A DNA stretch of 64,000 nt from Macrostomum lignano (taxonomy: Eukaryota): the NCBI GenBank assembly GCA_002269645.1, contig NIVC01001552.1, forward strand, positions 186,001 through 250,000. Reading direction: 5' to 3'. Made by a program: the position numbers and the translations under genes. The notes beneath the pieces were generated by a model. The model saw nothing but the letters and a program-made list of their open reading frames with translations. It was not told where the DNA came from and searched no databases. Shown here one piece after another: positions 35,283 through 49,200 of this stretch (the stretch's first letter is position 1; the number at the start of each line of letters is the position of its first letter).

Positions 35283-38200
35283 TTAGTGCCTCTGAGATCG
35301 TCCAATTTCAGCCAGAGCTCTCGTCCTCAGCCAGTCAATCTCGGGATAAAGCAATTGGTCTTCTACTGAAGCGGCTGCTGATTTTTGTCGGCCCTGATTT
35401 AATTGCTCCGTTGGCTTGCTATCAACTCCGCTACAACTGGGCCCGTCGGTTGAGTCTAAAGTTGACGTTGCACTTTTCGGCATGTCCAGTGTGGCATAGT
35501 GTTGACGAAATGAGGACGAGGCTTCATTGTTGGCTTCCGTGCCAGTGTGCAGCGTCAATGACTTCAAAGTTGCCGCGGCTGTATCCTGCAAATTAGTGTT
35601 GCAAATAAATGCATGAGAACAGCAGACAGCCACTTTGATAAGACCTGGAGAACAGCAGACAGCCACTTTGATAAGACACTGGAGAACAGCAGAGAGCCAC
35701 TTTGATAAGACCTGGAGAACAGCAGACAGCCACTTTGATAAGACACTGGAGAACAGCAGAGAGCCACTTTGATAAGACCTGGAGAACAGCAGACAGCCAC
35801 TTTGATAAGACACTGGAGAACAGCAGAGAGCCACTTTGATAAGACCTGGAGAACAGCAGACAGCCACTTTGATAAGACACTGGAGAACAGCAGACAGCCA
35901 CTTTTATAAGACACTGGAGAACAGCAGACAGCCACTTTGATAAGACACTGGAGAACAGCAGACAGCCACTTTGATAAGACACTGGAGAACAGCAGACAGC
36001 CTTTGAAAAGACACCAGAGAACAACAGACAGCCCCTTTGATTAGACAATGGAGAACAGCAGACAGCCTTTGAAAAGACACCAGAGAACAGCAGACAGCCT
36101 CTTTGATGAGACACTGGAGAACAGCAGACAGCCTTTGAAAAGACACCAGAGAACAACAGACAGCCTCTTTGATAAGACACTGGAGAACAGCAGACAGCCT
36201 TTGAAAAGACACCAGAGAACAACAGACAGCCCCTTTGATTAGACAATGGAGAACAGCAGACAGCCTTTGAAAAGACACCAGAGAACAGCAGACAGCCACT
36301 TTGATGAGACACTGGAGAACAGCAGACAGCCTTTGAAAAGACACCAGAGAACAACAGACAGCCTCTTTGATAAGACACTGGAGAACAGCAGACAGCCTTT
36401 GAAAAGACACCAGAGAACAACAGACAGCCCTTTGATTAGACAATGGAGAACAGCAGACAGCCTTTGAAAAGACACCAGAGAACAGCAGACAGCCACTTTG
36501 ATAAGACACTGGAGAACAGCAGACAGCCTTTGAAAAGACACCAGAGAACAACAGACAGCCTCTTTGATAAGACACTGGAGAACAGCAGACAGCCACTTTG
36601 ATGAGACACTGGAGAACAGCAGACAGCCACTTTGATGAGACACTGGAGAACAGCAGACAGCCACTTTGATGAGACACTGGAGAACAGCAGACAGCCACTT
36701 TGATGAGACACTGGAGAACAGCAGACAGCCTTTGAAATACACCAGAGAACAGCAGACAACCCCTTTGATAAGACACCAGAGAACATCAGACAGCCCCTTT
36801 GATAAGACACCAGAGAACATCATCAGACAGCCCCTTTGATAAAACACCAGAGAACATCATCAGACAGCCCTTTGATAAGACACTTGAGAACCAGAACTGA
36901 CTAAAGTTGTATTTTAGTTAGCTGGTAATTTCCTAAATTCAGCGAGTTTCAAGTGCAAATGATAAAGCTGTTATGTTAAATGCAAAATTTTATCAGAAAA
37001 ATTGTTACAACCCAAAGCATGCACGAATATTTCAGAAAGATTTGATATGTGTGCTGCGCATCACAGGGTCCACTTTAGGTGCGCATATTTTTCCTAACGC
37101 CGATGCACACTGAAAATTTTTGTTTAAATTCTTCAAAATGATGTGGTCATGCGAAAAATGACGAAATGCCTAAAAATAGTGCCTGCCCTAATACGCTCGT
37201 ACCAGTTTCTTACTGCATTTTCGAGATCATAAACTCGCCGCTATACACAGCTAAAGCATTACAAGTCTACGGCTACAAATATTTTAATCACTGTAATTTG
37301 AAGTATCAAATTTCGTGATTAGGAAATTAAAAACTTATTAACTATCAAAATTTACACAACATCCCATCATTCGACGCTAAAAATCCCAAAACTCTAAGAA
37401 TCTGATATCCTATGATTTTGAAGCATGTAAAATCCCAAAACTCTAAGAATCTGATATCCTATGATTTTGAAGCATGTAAAATCCCAAAACTCTAAGAATC
37501 TGATATTCCATGATTTTGAAGCATGTAAAATCCCAAAACTCTAAGAATCTGATATCATATGATTTTGAAGCATGTAAAATCCCAAAACTCTAAGAATCTG
37601 ATATTCCATGATTTTGAAGCATGTAAAATCCCAAAACTCTAAGAATCTGATATCCTATGATTTTGAAGCATGTAAAATCCCAAAACTCTAAGAATCTGAT
37701 ATCCTATGATTTTGAAGCATGTAAAATCCCAAAACTCTAAGAATCTGATATCCTATGATTTTGAAGCATGTAAAATCCCAAAACTCTAAGAATCTGATAT
37801 TCCATGATTTTGAAGCATGTAAAATCCCAAAACTCTAAGAATCTGATATCCCATGATTTTGAAGCATGTAAAATCCCAAAACTCTAAGAATCTGATATTC
37901 CATGATTTTGAAGCATGTAAAATCCCAAAACTCTAAGAATCTGATATCCCATGATTTTGAAGCATGTAAAATCCCAAAACTCTAAGAATCTGATATCCCA
38001 TGATTTTGAAGCATGTAAATCCCAAAACTCTAAGAATCTGATATCCTATAATTTTGAAGCATGTAAAATCCCAAAACTCTAATAATCTGATATCCCATGA
38101 TTTTTAAGCATGTAAAATCCCAAAACTCTAAGAATCTGATATCCTATGATTTTGAAGCATGTAAAATCCCAAAACTCTAAGAATCTGATATCCTATGATT

Positions 38201-41200
38201 TTGAAGCATGTAAAATCCCAAAACTCTAAGAATCTGATATCCTATGATTTTGAAGCATGTAAAATCCCAAAACTCTAAGAATCTGATATCCCATGATTTT
38301 GAAGCATGTAAATCCCAAAACTCTAAGAATCTGATATCCTATAATTTTGAAGCATGTAAAATCCCAAAACTCTAATAATCTGATATCCCATGATTTTTAA
38401 GCATGTAAAATCCCAATACTCTAAGAATCTGATATCCTATGATTTTGAAGCATGTAAAATCCCAAAACTCTAAGAATCTGATATCCTATGATTTTGAAGC
38501 ATGTAAAATCCCAAAACTCTAAGAATCTGATATCCTATGATTTTGAAGCATGTAAAATCCCAAAACTCTAAGAATCTGATATCCTATGATTTTGAAGCAT
38601 GTAAAATCCCAAAACTCTAAGAATCTGACATCCCATGATTTTGAAGCTTAAAATCCACAAAATCAACAAATGGGAAGTTCTAAAATTTGAAGCTTAAGAT
38701 CCCAAAAAGCTAGAAACCCTGAAATGCATATAATAATGCGTATAATAAAAGCAATGATTATAAAATTCCCATGTCGTTTTCTAACCTCGCAACCGACACT
38801 CTGTAAAGAGTCGATAGAGTCACCGCCGCCCGCGCCACCGCCAGCTCCTTGCAAGTTGACGTAGCCATCAAGACTGGCCTTCACTGTCTGCTCCGCCAGC
38901 TCCAGAGTCCCCCGCCCGAGCCCTGAGTCAGTCTCGTCTCGATAAGCTCCTTCGCTGTCCCTGCTCGATGCGCACCGAAGCCCGCCGGTTGCTAGCCGAA
39001 GCTCCTCGGCCCAGCGCTGCATGTCCGCGAGACTGTCTGCCAGCAGGTAGAACAGCCTCGGACGCTCCTTACGATGGCGCTGGATGCATTCAAAGCTGAG
39101 AAATGGTTGCTGATGGTGCAGACGGTTCCGCTGGTCCCGGGCCAGGGTCCGAGCCAGACGCAGAGGCGGGGGTACCAGGGTTGCTAGGGCTCTGATTGTG
39201 TCCACTAAGATTTGGCCTCTGACAGCTGACATGCTGTGGTCTGTGTAATAGTACAACTGGTACTGCGCTGACGGTTCCAGCTCAGCGGATGACGGAGTTA
39301 GGCGAGTGAGGACGAAGTAGCGTCGATGCCATAGCTGGATGGGGAAGATGGGAAGCGGGATTAATAAAAACATGGGAATATTAATTAGCTACTTAAGCTA
39401 CTAATCTGTAGATGTTCTACTGACAATATTTTTATACTTCGATCTATTCTTAAAGCCACTTGCTGATCACCTATATCTTAGCTAAATATCCATCCCACAG
39501 TCTCCATCTCAGTCCATGACAACATACTCAAATTTCAAATCACATTCTCCATCAGTCTTAGCTACCACACGCCAACTTCAGATCCTAAACATACCCATCT
39601 CAGATCCCACACTCTCATCTCAGATTCCAAATTCCCTATCTCAGATCCCACACTCTCAATCTCAGATCCCACACTCCCAATCTCAGATCCCACACTCCCA
39701 ATCTCAGATCCCACACTCATCTCAGATCCCACACTCCCAATCTCAGATCCCACACTCATCTCAGATCCCACACTCCCAATCTCAGATCCCACACTCATCT
39801 CAGATCCCACACTCCCAATCTCAGATCCCACGCTCCCATCTCAGATCCCACACTCCCAATCTCAGATCCCACACTCATCTCAGATCCCACACTCCCAATC
39901 TCAGATCCCACACTCTCAATCTCAGATCCCACGCTCCCATCTCAGATCCCACACTCCCAATCTCAGATCCCACACTCATCTCAGATCCCACACTCCCAAT
40001 CTTAGATCCCACACTTCCATCTCAGATCTCACACTCCTATCTTAGATCCCACTCTTCCAACTTAAATCATACAGAGGGCTAAAAGAAGTCGATTTACAAT
40101 TTGCTTTACAATCCTACTGGACATTAATTATCAAGCATCCTGTTTATACGAGTTACATGAAACGGATCAACTATATTGCGCATGTTTATGCTACAAATGT
40201 ACAGATTTATTTCAGAGTGATAGCAAGTTAGCTAAGCGTTGCTTTTAAACAACCTTTTATTTCGTTTGTCTGCCGATGCCTGCCGCTCGTGCCTGGAAGA
40301 CTTTCTAATAGCTATAAACAGGAATCCAGGTGCGCACGATAATATAGAATTTGATACTTGATTACTTTTTTGCAACATTTCATGAACGTCGTGGATATAT
40401 ATATTATATAATATGAGTCACTAGTTTGAATTTTCCAGTTTTTTATTACCAATATTTAGAAATCTTACAGTTTCACAAATTTTTTCATTTATAAGCACGA
40501 AATTGTCATAAAAATTTGTTTAAAAATCTGTCCATTTTCACACATTCAGCGAGAGGTGCTATTGCATAATAGTTGAAGCCAACCGGGAAATATTATTAAA
40601 CTTGTCTCGGAACGCAAATCTCTGTTATCGTGTCGTTTCAACTAAGATTGTTTAGACAATCGCCTGCAATGACGTCATAAATGAAATGCGTTATACTCTC
40701 CTATACTAGAACTTCAGGGTCATCGAGTGCAATATCATGAATCACGCATTAAAATCGTGCATGGCGCACGAATTTCGGTGGCCCAATTTTACAATGAAAG
40801 ATTGTGGATTTCAATAGCGATAAGATGGCTGCTGGCCATATAAAGCAGCAACAGACAGAAAGTGTCCTTCATCCTTTTCTCTGGATACTTTTGTCTCTCG
40901 GTTGATCGTGGATCGTGATCCTTCAACCATAGACAAAATTCTGTGAAGGGTGGCGGGGACCGCTTGCTAAGAACAACAATGGACAAGAAAGTCTATGTTT
41001 GATGCAGAAGCGAGTTAGAGGCAGAAGACCCGTCAATTGCTGCGGATGGATAAAGGGAATCCCGGGAAATTTTCCCGAGAAAAGGGGTGGACACTTTTGT
41101 CTGTTGCTGAGTAGCTCGTATTGTTTATTCATAAGAAGCGAGATGGAGATGCCTAAATCTCATCATTTATCCCTTTGTTTCAGCAAGGATTTTGAGCAGC

Positions 41201-41357
41201 AGCGAACGGGGTTTTGCCAATAAAAAAGCACGCTCTGCTCCCTGACTCTCCCCAGTTGCATTCTCACCCGGTTCCCTGGTTTAAAGCGTTTCGTAGGGCC
41301 GCCGCCGCCGCCTTTTCCACCGGCCGGCCTCGGCGACTTCAACAACCAGCCGGACAT
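35283..41357 (-). CDS. Gab/DOS/SOC-1-like PH-domain docking protein (exons 41357-41268, 39334-38786, 35585-35283; possible upstream exon 45220-45183)
   Basis: N-terminal PH domain SGWLLKSP...WHRRYFVL...YYY.D...RGQI...RLFYLLADSLADMQRWAEEL matches the Gab pattern (SGWLRKSP, WKRRWFVL, FYLVADSEEEMNKW). Also a YVNL motif and C-terminal tandem Tyr motifs HYATLDM and LLYPEIDWLRTRALAE, similar to Gab VDYVVVDQQKTLAL. Introns are phase-0 GT-AG. Confidence 0.82.
35610..36890. repeat. 33/34-bp intronic minisatellite
   Basis: Unit GGAGAACAGCAGACAGCCACTTTGATAAGACACT and variants. Confidence 0.96.
37378..38660. repeat. 49-bp intronic minisatellite, ~26 copies
   Basis: Unit AAAATCCCAAAACTCTAAGAATCTGATATCCTATGATTTTGAAGCATGT. 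Confidence 0.97.
39595..40055. repeat. 18/21-bp intronic minisatellite
   Basis: Unit TCTCAGATCCCACACTC(CCAA/A). Confidence 0.94.
40846..41110. mobile_element. Possible degenerate MITE with imperfect ~40-bp TIRs
   Basis: CAGCAACAGACAGAAAGTGTCC...TTTTCTC at ~40846 and an inverted counterpart ending at ~41110. No TSD identified. Confidence 0.4.
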
Positions 41358-41624
41358 GCAGATTCTTTGGTTAGCGGATTTTTGCAAATTGGCCAGCAGT
41401 TGTAGTTGAGCGGGCTGACTGCCGCCATCTGCTGATCTCAAGTGCTGACTTTCTGAAGTTCTGTCCTTGACGCTGTCAGGTTGCAATAAAGTTGCAGTTC
41501 GGTTGTAAGTTATAAAAGCCAGGAGGTCAGGGGCGCCGCTATGGAAAGTTATGGGGAGGGGACATGCCAATGCGTTGTCCCCCACCTCACCTTGTGACCC
41601 GTTGTGGAAATCAATCAGTTTGTT

Positions 41625-44600
41625 TTAGGCGCCAAAATATAGCGCATTCGGCGCCAAAATGATTGTATGCGGTGCCAAAATGAGTGTCTGCGGTGCCAAA
41701 ATGAAGGCGCCAAAATGAGTGGTGCCTGCGGCGCTAAAATGAGTGTCTGCGGTGCCAAAGTAAAGGCGCCAAAATGAGTGGTGCCTGCGGTGCCAAAATG
41801 AGTGTCTGCGGTGCCAAAATGTAGGCGCCAAAATGAGTGGTGCCTGCGGCGCTAAAATGAGTGTCTGCGGTGCCAAAGTGAAGGCGCCAAAATGAGTGTC
41901 TGCGGTGCCAAAGTAAAGGCGCCAAAATGAGTGGTGCCTGCGGCGCTAAAATGAGTGTCTGCGGTGCCAAAATGAAGGCGCCAAAATGAGTGTCTGCGGT
42001 GCCAAAATGAAGGCGCCAAAATGAGTGTCTGCGGTGCCAAAATGAAGGCGCCAAAATGAGTGTCTGCGGTGCCAAAATGAGTGTCTGCGGTGCCAAAGTG
42101 AAGGCGCCAAAATGAGTGTCTGCGGTGCCAAAGTGAAGGCGCCAAAATGAGTGGTGCCTGCGGTGCCAAAATGAGTGTCTGCGGTGCCAAAATGAAGGCG
42201 CCAAAATGAGTGTCTGCGGTGCCAAAATGAAGGCGCCAAAATGAGTGGTGCCTGCGGTGCCAAAATGAGTGCCTGCGGTGCCAAAATGAGTGTCTGCGGT
42301 GCCAAAATTTAGGCGCCAAAATGAGTGGTGCCTGCGGCGCTAAAATGAGTGTCTGCGGTGCCAAAGTGAAGGCGCCAAAATGAGTGTCTGCGGTGCCAAA
42401 GTGAAGGCGCCAAAACCAAAATGAGTGTCTGCAGTGCCAAAATGAAGGCGCCAAAATGAGTGGTGCCTGCGGTGCCAAAATGAGTGCCTGCGGTGCCAAA
42501 ATGAGTGTCTGCGGTGCCAAAATTTAGGCGCCAAAATGAGTGGTGCCTGCGGCGCTAAAATGAGTGTCTGCGGTGCCAAAGTGAAGGCGCCAAAATGAGT
42601 GTCTGCGGTGCCAAAGTGAAGGCGCCAAAACCAAAATGAGTGTCTGCAGTGCCAAAATGAACGCGCCAAAATGAGTGGTGCCTGCGGCGCTAAAATGAGT
42701 GTCTGCGGTGCCAAAGTAAAGGCGCCAAAATGAGTGGTGCCTGCGGCGCTAAAATGAGTGTCTGCGGTGCCAAAGTGAAGGCGCCAAAATGAGTGTCTAC
42801 GGTGCCAAAATGAAGGCGCCAAAATGAGTGGTGCCTGCGGCGCTAAAATGAGTGTCTGCGGTGCCAAAGTAAAGGCGCCAAAATGAGTGGTGCCTGCGGT
42901 GCCAAAATGAGTGTCTGCGGTGCCAAAATGAAGGCGCCAAAATGAGTGGTGCCTGCGGCGCTGAAATGAGTGTCTGCGGTGCCAAAGTGAAGGCGCCAAA
43001 ATGAGTGTCTGCGGTGCCAAAATGAAGGCGCCAAAATGAATGGTGCCTGCGGCGCTAAAATGAGTGTCTGCGGTGCCAAAATGAAGGCGCCAAAATGAGT
43101 GTCTGCGGTGCCAAAATGAAGGCGCCAAAATGAGTGGTGCCTGCGGCGCTAAAATGAGTGTCTGCGGTGCCAAAGTGAAGGCGCCAAAATGAGTGTCTGC
43201 GGTGCCAAAATGAAGGCGCTAAAATGAGTGCCTGCGGCGCCAAAATGAGTTTCTACGGTGCCAAAATGAGTGTCTGCGGTACCAAAATGAGTGTCTGCGG
43301 TGCCAAAATGAGTGTCTGCGGTGCCAAGATGAGTGTCTGCGGCGCCAAAATGAGTGTCTGCGGCGCCAAAATGAGTGTCTGCGGCGCCAAAATGAGTGTC
43401 TGCGGTGCCAAGATGAGTGTCTGCGGCGCCAAAATGAGTGTCTGCGGTGCCAAAATGAAGGCGCTAAAATGAGTGTCTGCGGCGCCAAAATGAGTGTCTG
43501 CGGCGCCAAAATGAGTTTCTACGGTGCCAAAATGAGTGTCTGCGGCGCCAAAATGAGTGTCTACGGTGCTAAAATGAGTGTCTGCGGTGCCAAAATGAAG
43601 ACGCTAAAATGAGTGTCTGCGGCGCCAAAATGAGTGTCTGCGGCGCCAAAATGAGTTTCTACGGTGCCAAAATGAGTGTCTGCGGCGCCAAAATGAGTGT
43701 CTGCGGTGCCAAGATGAGTGTCTGCGGCGCCAAAATGAGTGTCTGCGGCGCCAAAATGAGTGTCTGCGGCGCCAAAATGAGTGTCTGCGGTGCCAAGATG
43801 AGTGTCTGCGGCGCCAAAATGAGTGTCTGCGGCGCCAAAATGAGTGTCTGCGGCGCCAAAATGAGTGTCTACGGTGCTAAAATGAGTGTCTGCGGTGCCA
43901 AAATGAAGGCGCTAAAATGAGTGTCTGCGGTGCCAAAATGAGTGTCTGCGGCGCCAAAATGAGTTTCTACGGTGCCAAAATGAGTGTCTGCGGCGCCAAA
44001 ATGAGTGTCTGCGGCGCCAAAATGAGTGTCTGCGGCGCCAAAATGAGTGTCTACAGTGCTAAAATGAGTGTCTGCGGTGCCAAAATGAAGGCGCTAAAAT
44101 GAGTGTCTGCGGCGCCAAAATGAGTGTCTGCGGCGCCAAAATGAGTGTCTGCGGCGCCAAAATGAGCGTCTGCGGTGCCAAAATGAAGGCGCCAAAATGA
44201 GAGGTGCCTGCGGCGCTAAAATGAGTGTCTGCGGTGCCAAAGTGAAGGCGCCAAAATGAGTGTCTGCGGTGCCAAAATGAAGGCGCTAAAATGAGTGCCT
44301 GCGGCGCCAAAATGAGTTTCTACGGTGCCAAAATGAGTGTCTGCGGTGCCAAAATGAGTGTCTGCGGCGCCAAAATGAGTGTCTGCGGCGCCAAAATGAG
44401 TGTCTGCGGTGCCAAGATGAGTGTCTGCGGCGCCAAAATGAGTGTCTGCGGCGCCAAAATGAGTGTCTACGGTGCCAAAATGAGTGTCTGCGGCGCCAAA
44501 ATGAGTGTCTGCGGCGCCAAAATGAGTGTCTGCGGCGCCAAAATGAGTGTCTGCGGCGCCAAAATGAGTTTCTACGGTGCTAAAATGAGTGTCTGCGGTG

Positions 44601-44960
44601 CCAAAATGAGTGTCTGCGGTGCCAAGATGAGTGTCTGCGGCGCCAAAATGAGTGTCTGCGGTGCCAAGATGAGTGTCTGCGGCGTCAAAAGGAGTGTCTG
44701 CGGTGCCAAAATGAGTGTCTGCGGCGCCAAAATGAGTGTCTGCGGTGCCAAAATGAGTGTCTGCGGTGCCAAAATGAGTGTCTGCGGTGCCAAGATGAGT
44801 GTCTGCGGCGCCAAGATGAGTGTCTGCGGCGCCAAAATGAGTGTCTGCGGCGCCAAAATGAGTTTCTACGGTGCCAAAATGAGTGTCTGCGGTGCCAAAA
44901 TGAGTGTCTGCGGTGCCAAAATGAGTGTCTGCGGTGCCAAAATGAGTGTCTGCGGCGCCT
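41625..44960. repeat. 3.3-kb complex minisatellite built on 21-bp (ATGAGTGTCTGCGG(C/T)GCCAAA) and 14-bp (ATGAAGGCGCCAAA) units
   Basis: Direct inspection; the ORF track gives periodic MSVCGAK and APQTLIL translations. Confidence 0.97.
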
Positions 44961-45964
44961 AGATGAAAACCTGAGGCGCCAAACGCGGAATCGAGTATTG
45001 CCACAGACAAATTCGGTCGATAAAAAATCGTGCTATAAAATACTCCAGATTTGTTGGTAGCGTCGTTCTACATGTATTTTAGCGTAAAACAAAGCTTAAA
45101 ACAAACTGGCTCGTATATAGCTACGTGTTCCAAAATTTAAGTGACCCTGAATGAGCGCATATACAGAAAAAGGATCAATTACCTCCAACGATTTGTAGTG
45201 CAGCAAAACAATTTATCCATAGTTATTGACAGTATTCGTTTTCCTTCAGCTTCCTGCAGCTTCTTTTAAAATCTAGTTTGTTTGTTCCAGGGTTGACAGC
45301 ACAGTTTTTTATCCAACAATTTAACCTGTAACTATAACAGTACAGTCAGGAGCACCTTATATTTGTAGCCGGGTTGACAGCGGAGCTTTGAACTTCTGTT
45401 TACAACCGTCTGTGCATGGTGTTCGTGAGCACTGCTGGACACGGGGAGAGAAGGAGAGAGAGAACCAGTGAGCAGCTTATAAAGCTAGCATATGTGCTTG
45501 TGCAGAGTGTAGGCCATTTACCATATGTATTATATTGCGATGTGTAACCAAAGCGTACAGTCATTATTGGTCAATGCCAGGACTAGCTGTGGAACAGACC
45601 CTCAACCGTACCCCGCGGCTCCTCTTATTGGTCGATAAGATAGTTTTAACTTTACTCTATACCATACCATCCTTCCATCACATCTCACTTAGTTGGTGAT
45701 TAAAAATAGCGCTACTGTACTGTTGAAGGGTGTACGCAAAGACCCCGCGGCTGGGAACAACACTAAACTGTTACACACGCATCACCACTTCATACCTGTC
45801 TAGTGTCTACATGTATCCCTATACCCTGTCCTAATTCAACGCTAATAGGATCGCAGTGCATGATGATGAGATGATGTGGTGATGTGATAATAAAACGTTA
45901 TATACAAACAGTTGATAAATTAAAGTAGATAAAGCCATTTAAAATGTATCTGCTGCACAGTAGA

Positions 45965-46205
45965 TGACAGTCAGGAAATGAATGAAGATGACAGTCAAGG
46001 AATGAAGATGACAGTCAAGGAATGAAGATGACAGTCAAGGATGAAGATGAACAGTCAGGGAATGAAGATGACAGTCAGGGACTGAAGAGGCCGAATGAAT
46101 GAAGATAACAGCCAGGGAATGAATGAAGATGACAGTCAAGGAATGAAGATGACAGTCAGGGAATGAAGATGACAGTCAGGGAATGAAGAGGCCGAATGAG
46201 AAGAT
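45965..46205. repeat. 21-bp minisatellite
   Basis: Unit GAATGAAGATGACAGTCA(A/G)GG. Confidence 0.88.
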
Positions 46206-49200
46206 GACAATGACATGTACATAACAGATGACCGCGCCAAGGTATAATGTTTCTATACACTGTACTGTTAGCATTTAAGGAGAAATCACACATGAAATAG
46301 TTTCCTAGGTTTGTGTATATCAAGATTTTGCGATGCAGCAGCTTATCAAATTTACATGCAATAAACTTAAGCTCGATTTGGCCTGATGTAAATTAATTTT
46401 CGCATTGGTTTCTGGTGTTATCACTATCTCAGCATGCATAAAAAGCCATTGTTTGTTATAAGCACCGCGGAGCTGCACATTGGAGAACGTCGGAACATTG
46501 CATGCAGAGAGGACCGAGTCGATCGAATACCTCTAAAATTATACATGTATATGTATGAAGATACACTGTATACAGCTGTATACAATAATCAGCCAGAAGT
46601 CAGTTTAGCAACCAAACAACTGTAAGCGTCAACCGCCCTGCCAGACTGCTCAGTTACCACAACACCTTACACCTAAGGCAAAACAAAACGAATTTGTTTA
46701 AGTCGCGTACGCTCGCGTCCAAATTCAGCGGCAAATTCAACATCGTTCAGCAGAGTCAGATCCTGTCTACTATCTGTGGTTATAATAGGCCTAGTTGATA
46801 AGAAAAGGGTTTACTGTTAAAAATGCAATCCCAACAAATGAATAATATTCCTACTATATCATTAGATAACAATTAGATAACAATGTCACATTGGTAACAT
46901 CTGTTTATAGGCCTAGGCCTATATAGGCCCTAACTGTCTGTAGGCCTAATGCCTAATTTAGTTATTTATTTATTAACTATTTATAGGATAGGGAGAAGAA
47001 GCAAATTGTCCAAAAATAAATAAAAAGCAATTTTCAAGCCATCGCCTATTAGCCATATCAATTGTTAGGGCCGGGTGCCACTGAATTCTTTAACAGCTAG
47101 GCCTAGGCCTAATTTGTCAACTCTGTTGACAAATTCAGTTACCTAACAACACACTAGGCCTATTGACTAGATAGTATATTTTTACTATTTGCTAAAAATT
47201 AAAAGACAAAAGCCTACTGAAAAGAGATATATTATATAAGATAACAAAGACAAATGGTTTTTATTTGATATATGATTTTTACAACCTGTTAAAAGCTATG
47301 GATTTTAAACCCATTTAATTGCAATAAATCCTGGAACTATTGGCATTCCTTCGGTTTACAATCACCTCAAACAGTGACAATCATCTTAAACAGTGACAAT
47401 CACCATAAAAAACAGTTGTAAGACATAAAATGATAAAATCCATAGTTTCTAATGAAACAAAATCAAATGTTGGCAAACTGACTTTGTTTATTTCAAAAGA
47501 TGGTAAGATTGTTGTAGCACCTTATATTTCACCTTTGGTTTACAATCACCCAAATGTATATTGCCCATTGAAATGATTGTGAACCAAAGCTAGCTATAAA
47601 AAAGTATACTAAAGCCAAGGGTTGACATGCTTTCTTATAGCTAGCTTTGGTTCACAATCATTTCAATAAAGTGCATGTGTGCAAGTGATTGTAAACCAAA
47701 AATGAGAGGGGGGTATGGCACTAAAGATTAATTATACTAAGCTAGGGTTGACATGCTTTCCTATAGCTAGCTTTGGATGATTGTAAACCAAAGGTGATAG
47801 GCCTATATATAAGCTACTAGTGATTAGTGAACAAATGTACAATCTTTTCAATTTCAAATAAACAAAGTTAGTTGATCAGCCAACTTTTGCTTTTTTTCAT
47901 TTGAAACTACTGTCGGTTTTTATGTCTTAATTTTGAACACACCATTTTTGCATTCAGTAAGCAAAATATAAGGTGATCGTAAACTGAAACTGGCAAAATA
48001 GATAGTGATTCTAAACTAAAGGATTGCCAAACCATTTTTGCACAGATTTTAAAATCTGAACTCATACTCAAATAAAATGTTTGTTACTGGTTAAGGAGAT
48101 AAACAAACTTGGATCTTTGTAACAAAATTTACAATTCTTGCATTAAGGAATAAACTTACTTTATAGTAAATCTATCTTGTTGTTGACAAATTCGCTTATC
48201 TTGTTTTATATCTGTTGATGAATTCTTTCAATTTCTTAAATTTTAGGTCTGCTAATGAATTAGATATTGATAAATTTAGTGTAGCCTATTAGGGCCTAGG
48301 CCCTTAAAGGACTAGGCCTAGAAAACCTTGATATTGGTATTGGTATTGGTATTAGTATTGGTATTTGTATATAATAAAAGTAATTCAATATCTTACTACT
48401 TAGGCACTGTCTGCTTAGGACACTAACTTTAGGCCCATATTCTATGTATTGCTTAAAAGTAAAAATAGATCTAGTATAGACCTAGGTCAAATGACTTTAA
48501 TAGACTAGGCCTAGACTATTGTTAAAAAGTCAAAGACTAGTAGATTTATTTTATCTAGTTAAATAGATGCCAAGTTCTTTTGGCTTTGTACTAAGCTAAG
48601 GCCTATTATATTATTATCAATTGCTTCAAAATTTGGCCTTCAAGTAGTTTGTGGTTAACTTTATTTGCAAAATTAATAGATAATTAGGTATTTTATCTAC
48701 TTTATAACTTATTGCTTAGACTTATATTAATAGTAATTAAAATAGTTAGCCTAAACAACAATTACTAATTGTTTTCATATACCAGCAATTAATGTTCCAA
48801 ATGATATGTCTTGAGAAAAGATAGTGTTATGGATTTATATTTAGTATTGTCAATAATAGTCAAAGACAAAGGTTTTACCCTTTAAGCAAAATAAAATTTT
48901 ATCATTTTTTGTGACAACTTTTCACTTAAAATTAACCTTCAAGTTATACAACTAAGCCACTATAAGAAAAGTAAATTTGATTGAATCAATAATAAATATT
49001 AGTTGCATAAAATCATTATAGTACATTTTTTGTGTTTTGGTATAGTTTTCTGATAGACATTTAGATAGAAATTTAAAAACCATTTAGTCAATGCTTAACA
49101 AAACTATTTATTAAGTATGAAAAAAATATAAATTTGTATACTTTTTTGCATGTCTCTACTATAATAGACATCTTAATACCAACAAAGATAATGATATAAA

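Noticed and set aside
35593-36847. Several overlapping 200-290 aa ORFs on both strands
   Set aside because: Translations of the 33/34-bp intronic minisatellite.
37378-38660. Regular 49-bp array, and the other arrays, as possible CRISPR
   Set aside because: Units are head-to-tail with no unique spacers, there are no cas genes, and the context is a eukaryotic intron.
41625-45010. Many ORFs (MAPQTLIL, MSVCGAK, GTADTHF)
   Set aside because: Translations of the 21-bp array in several frames, with no domain content.
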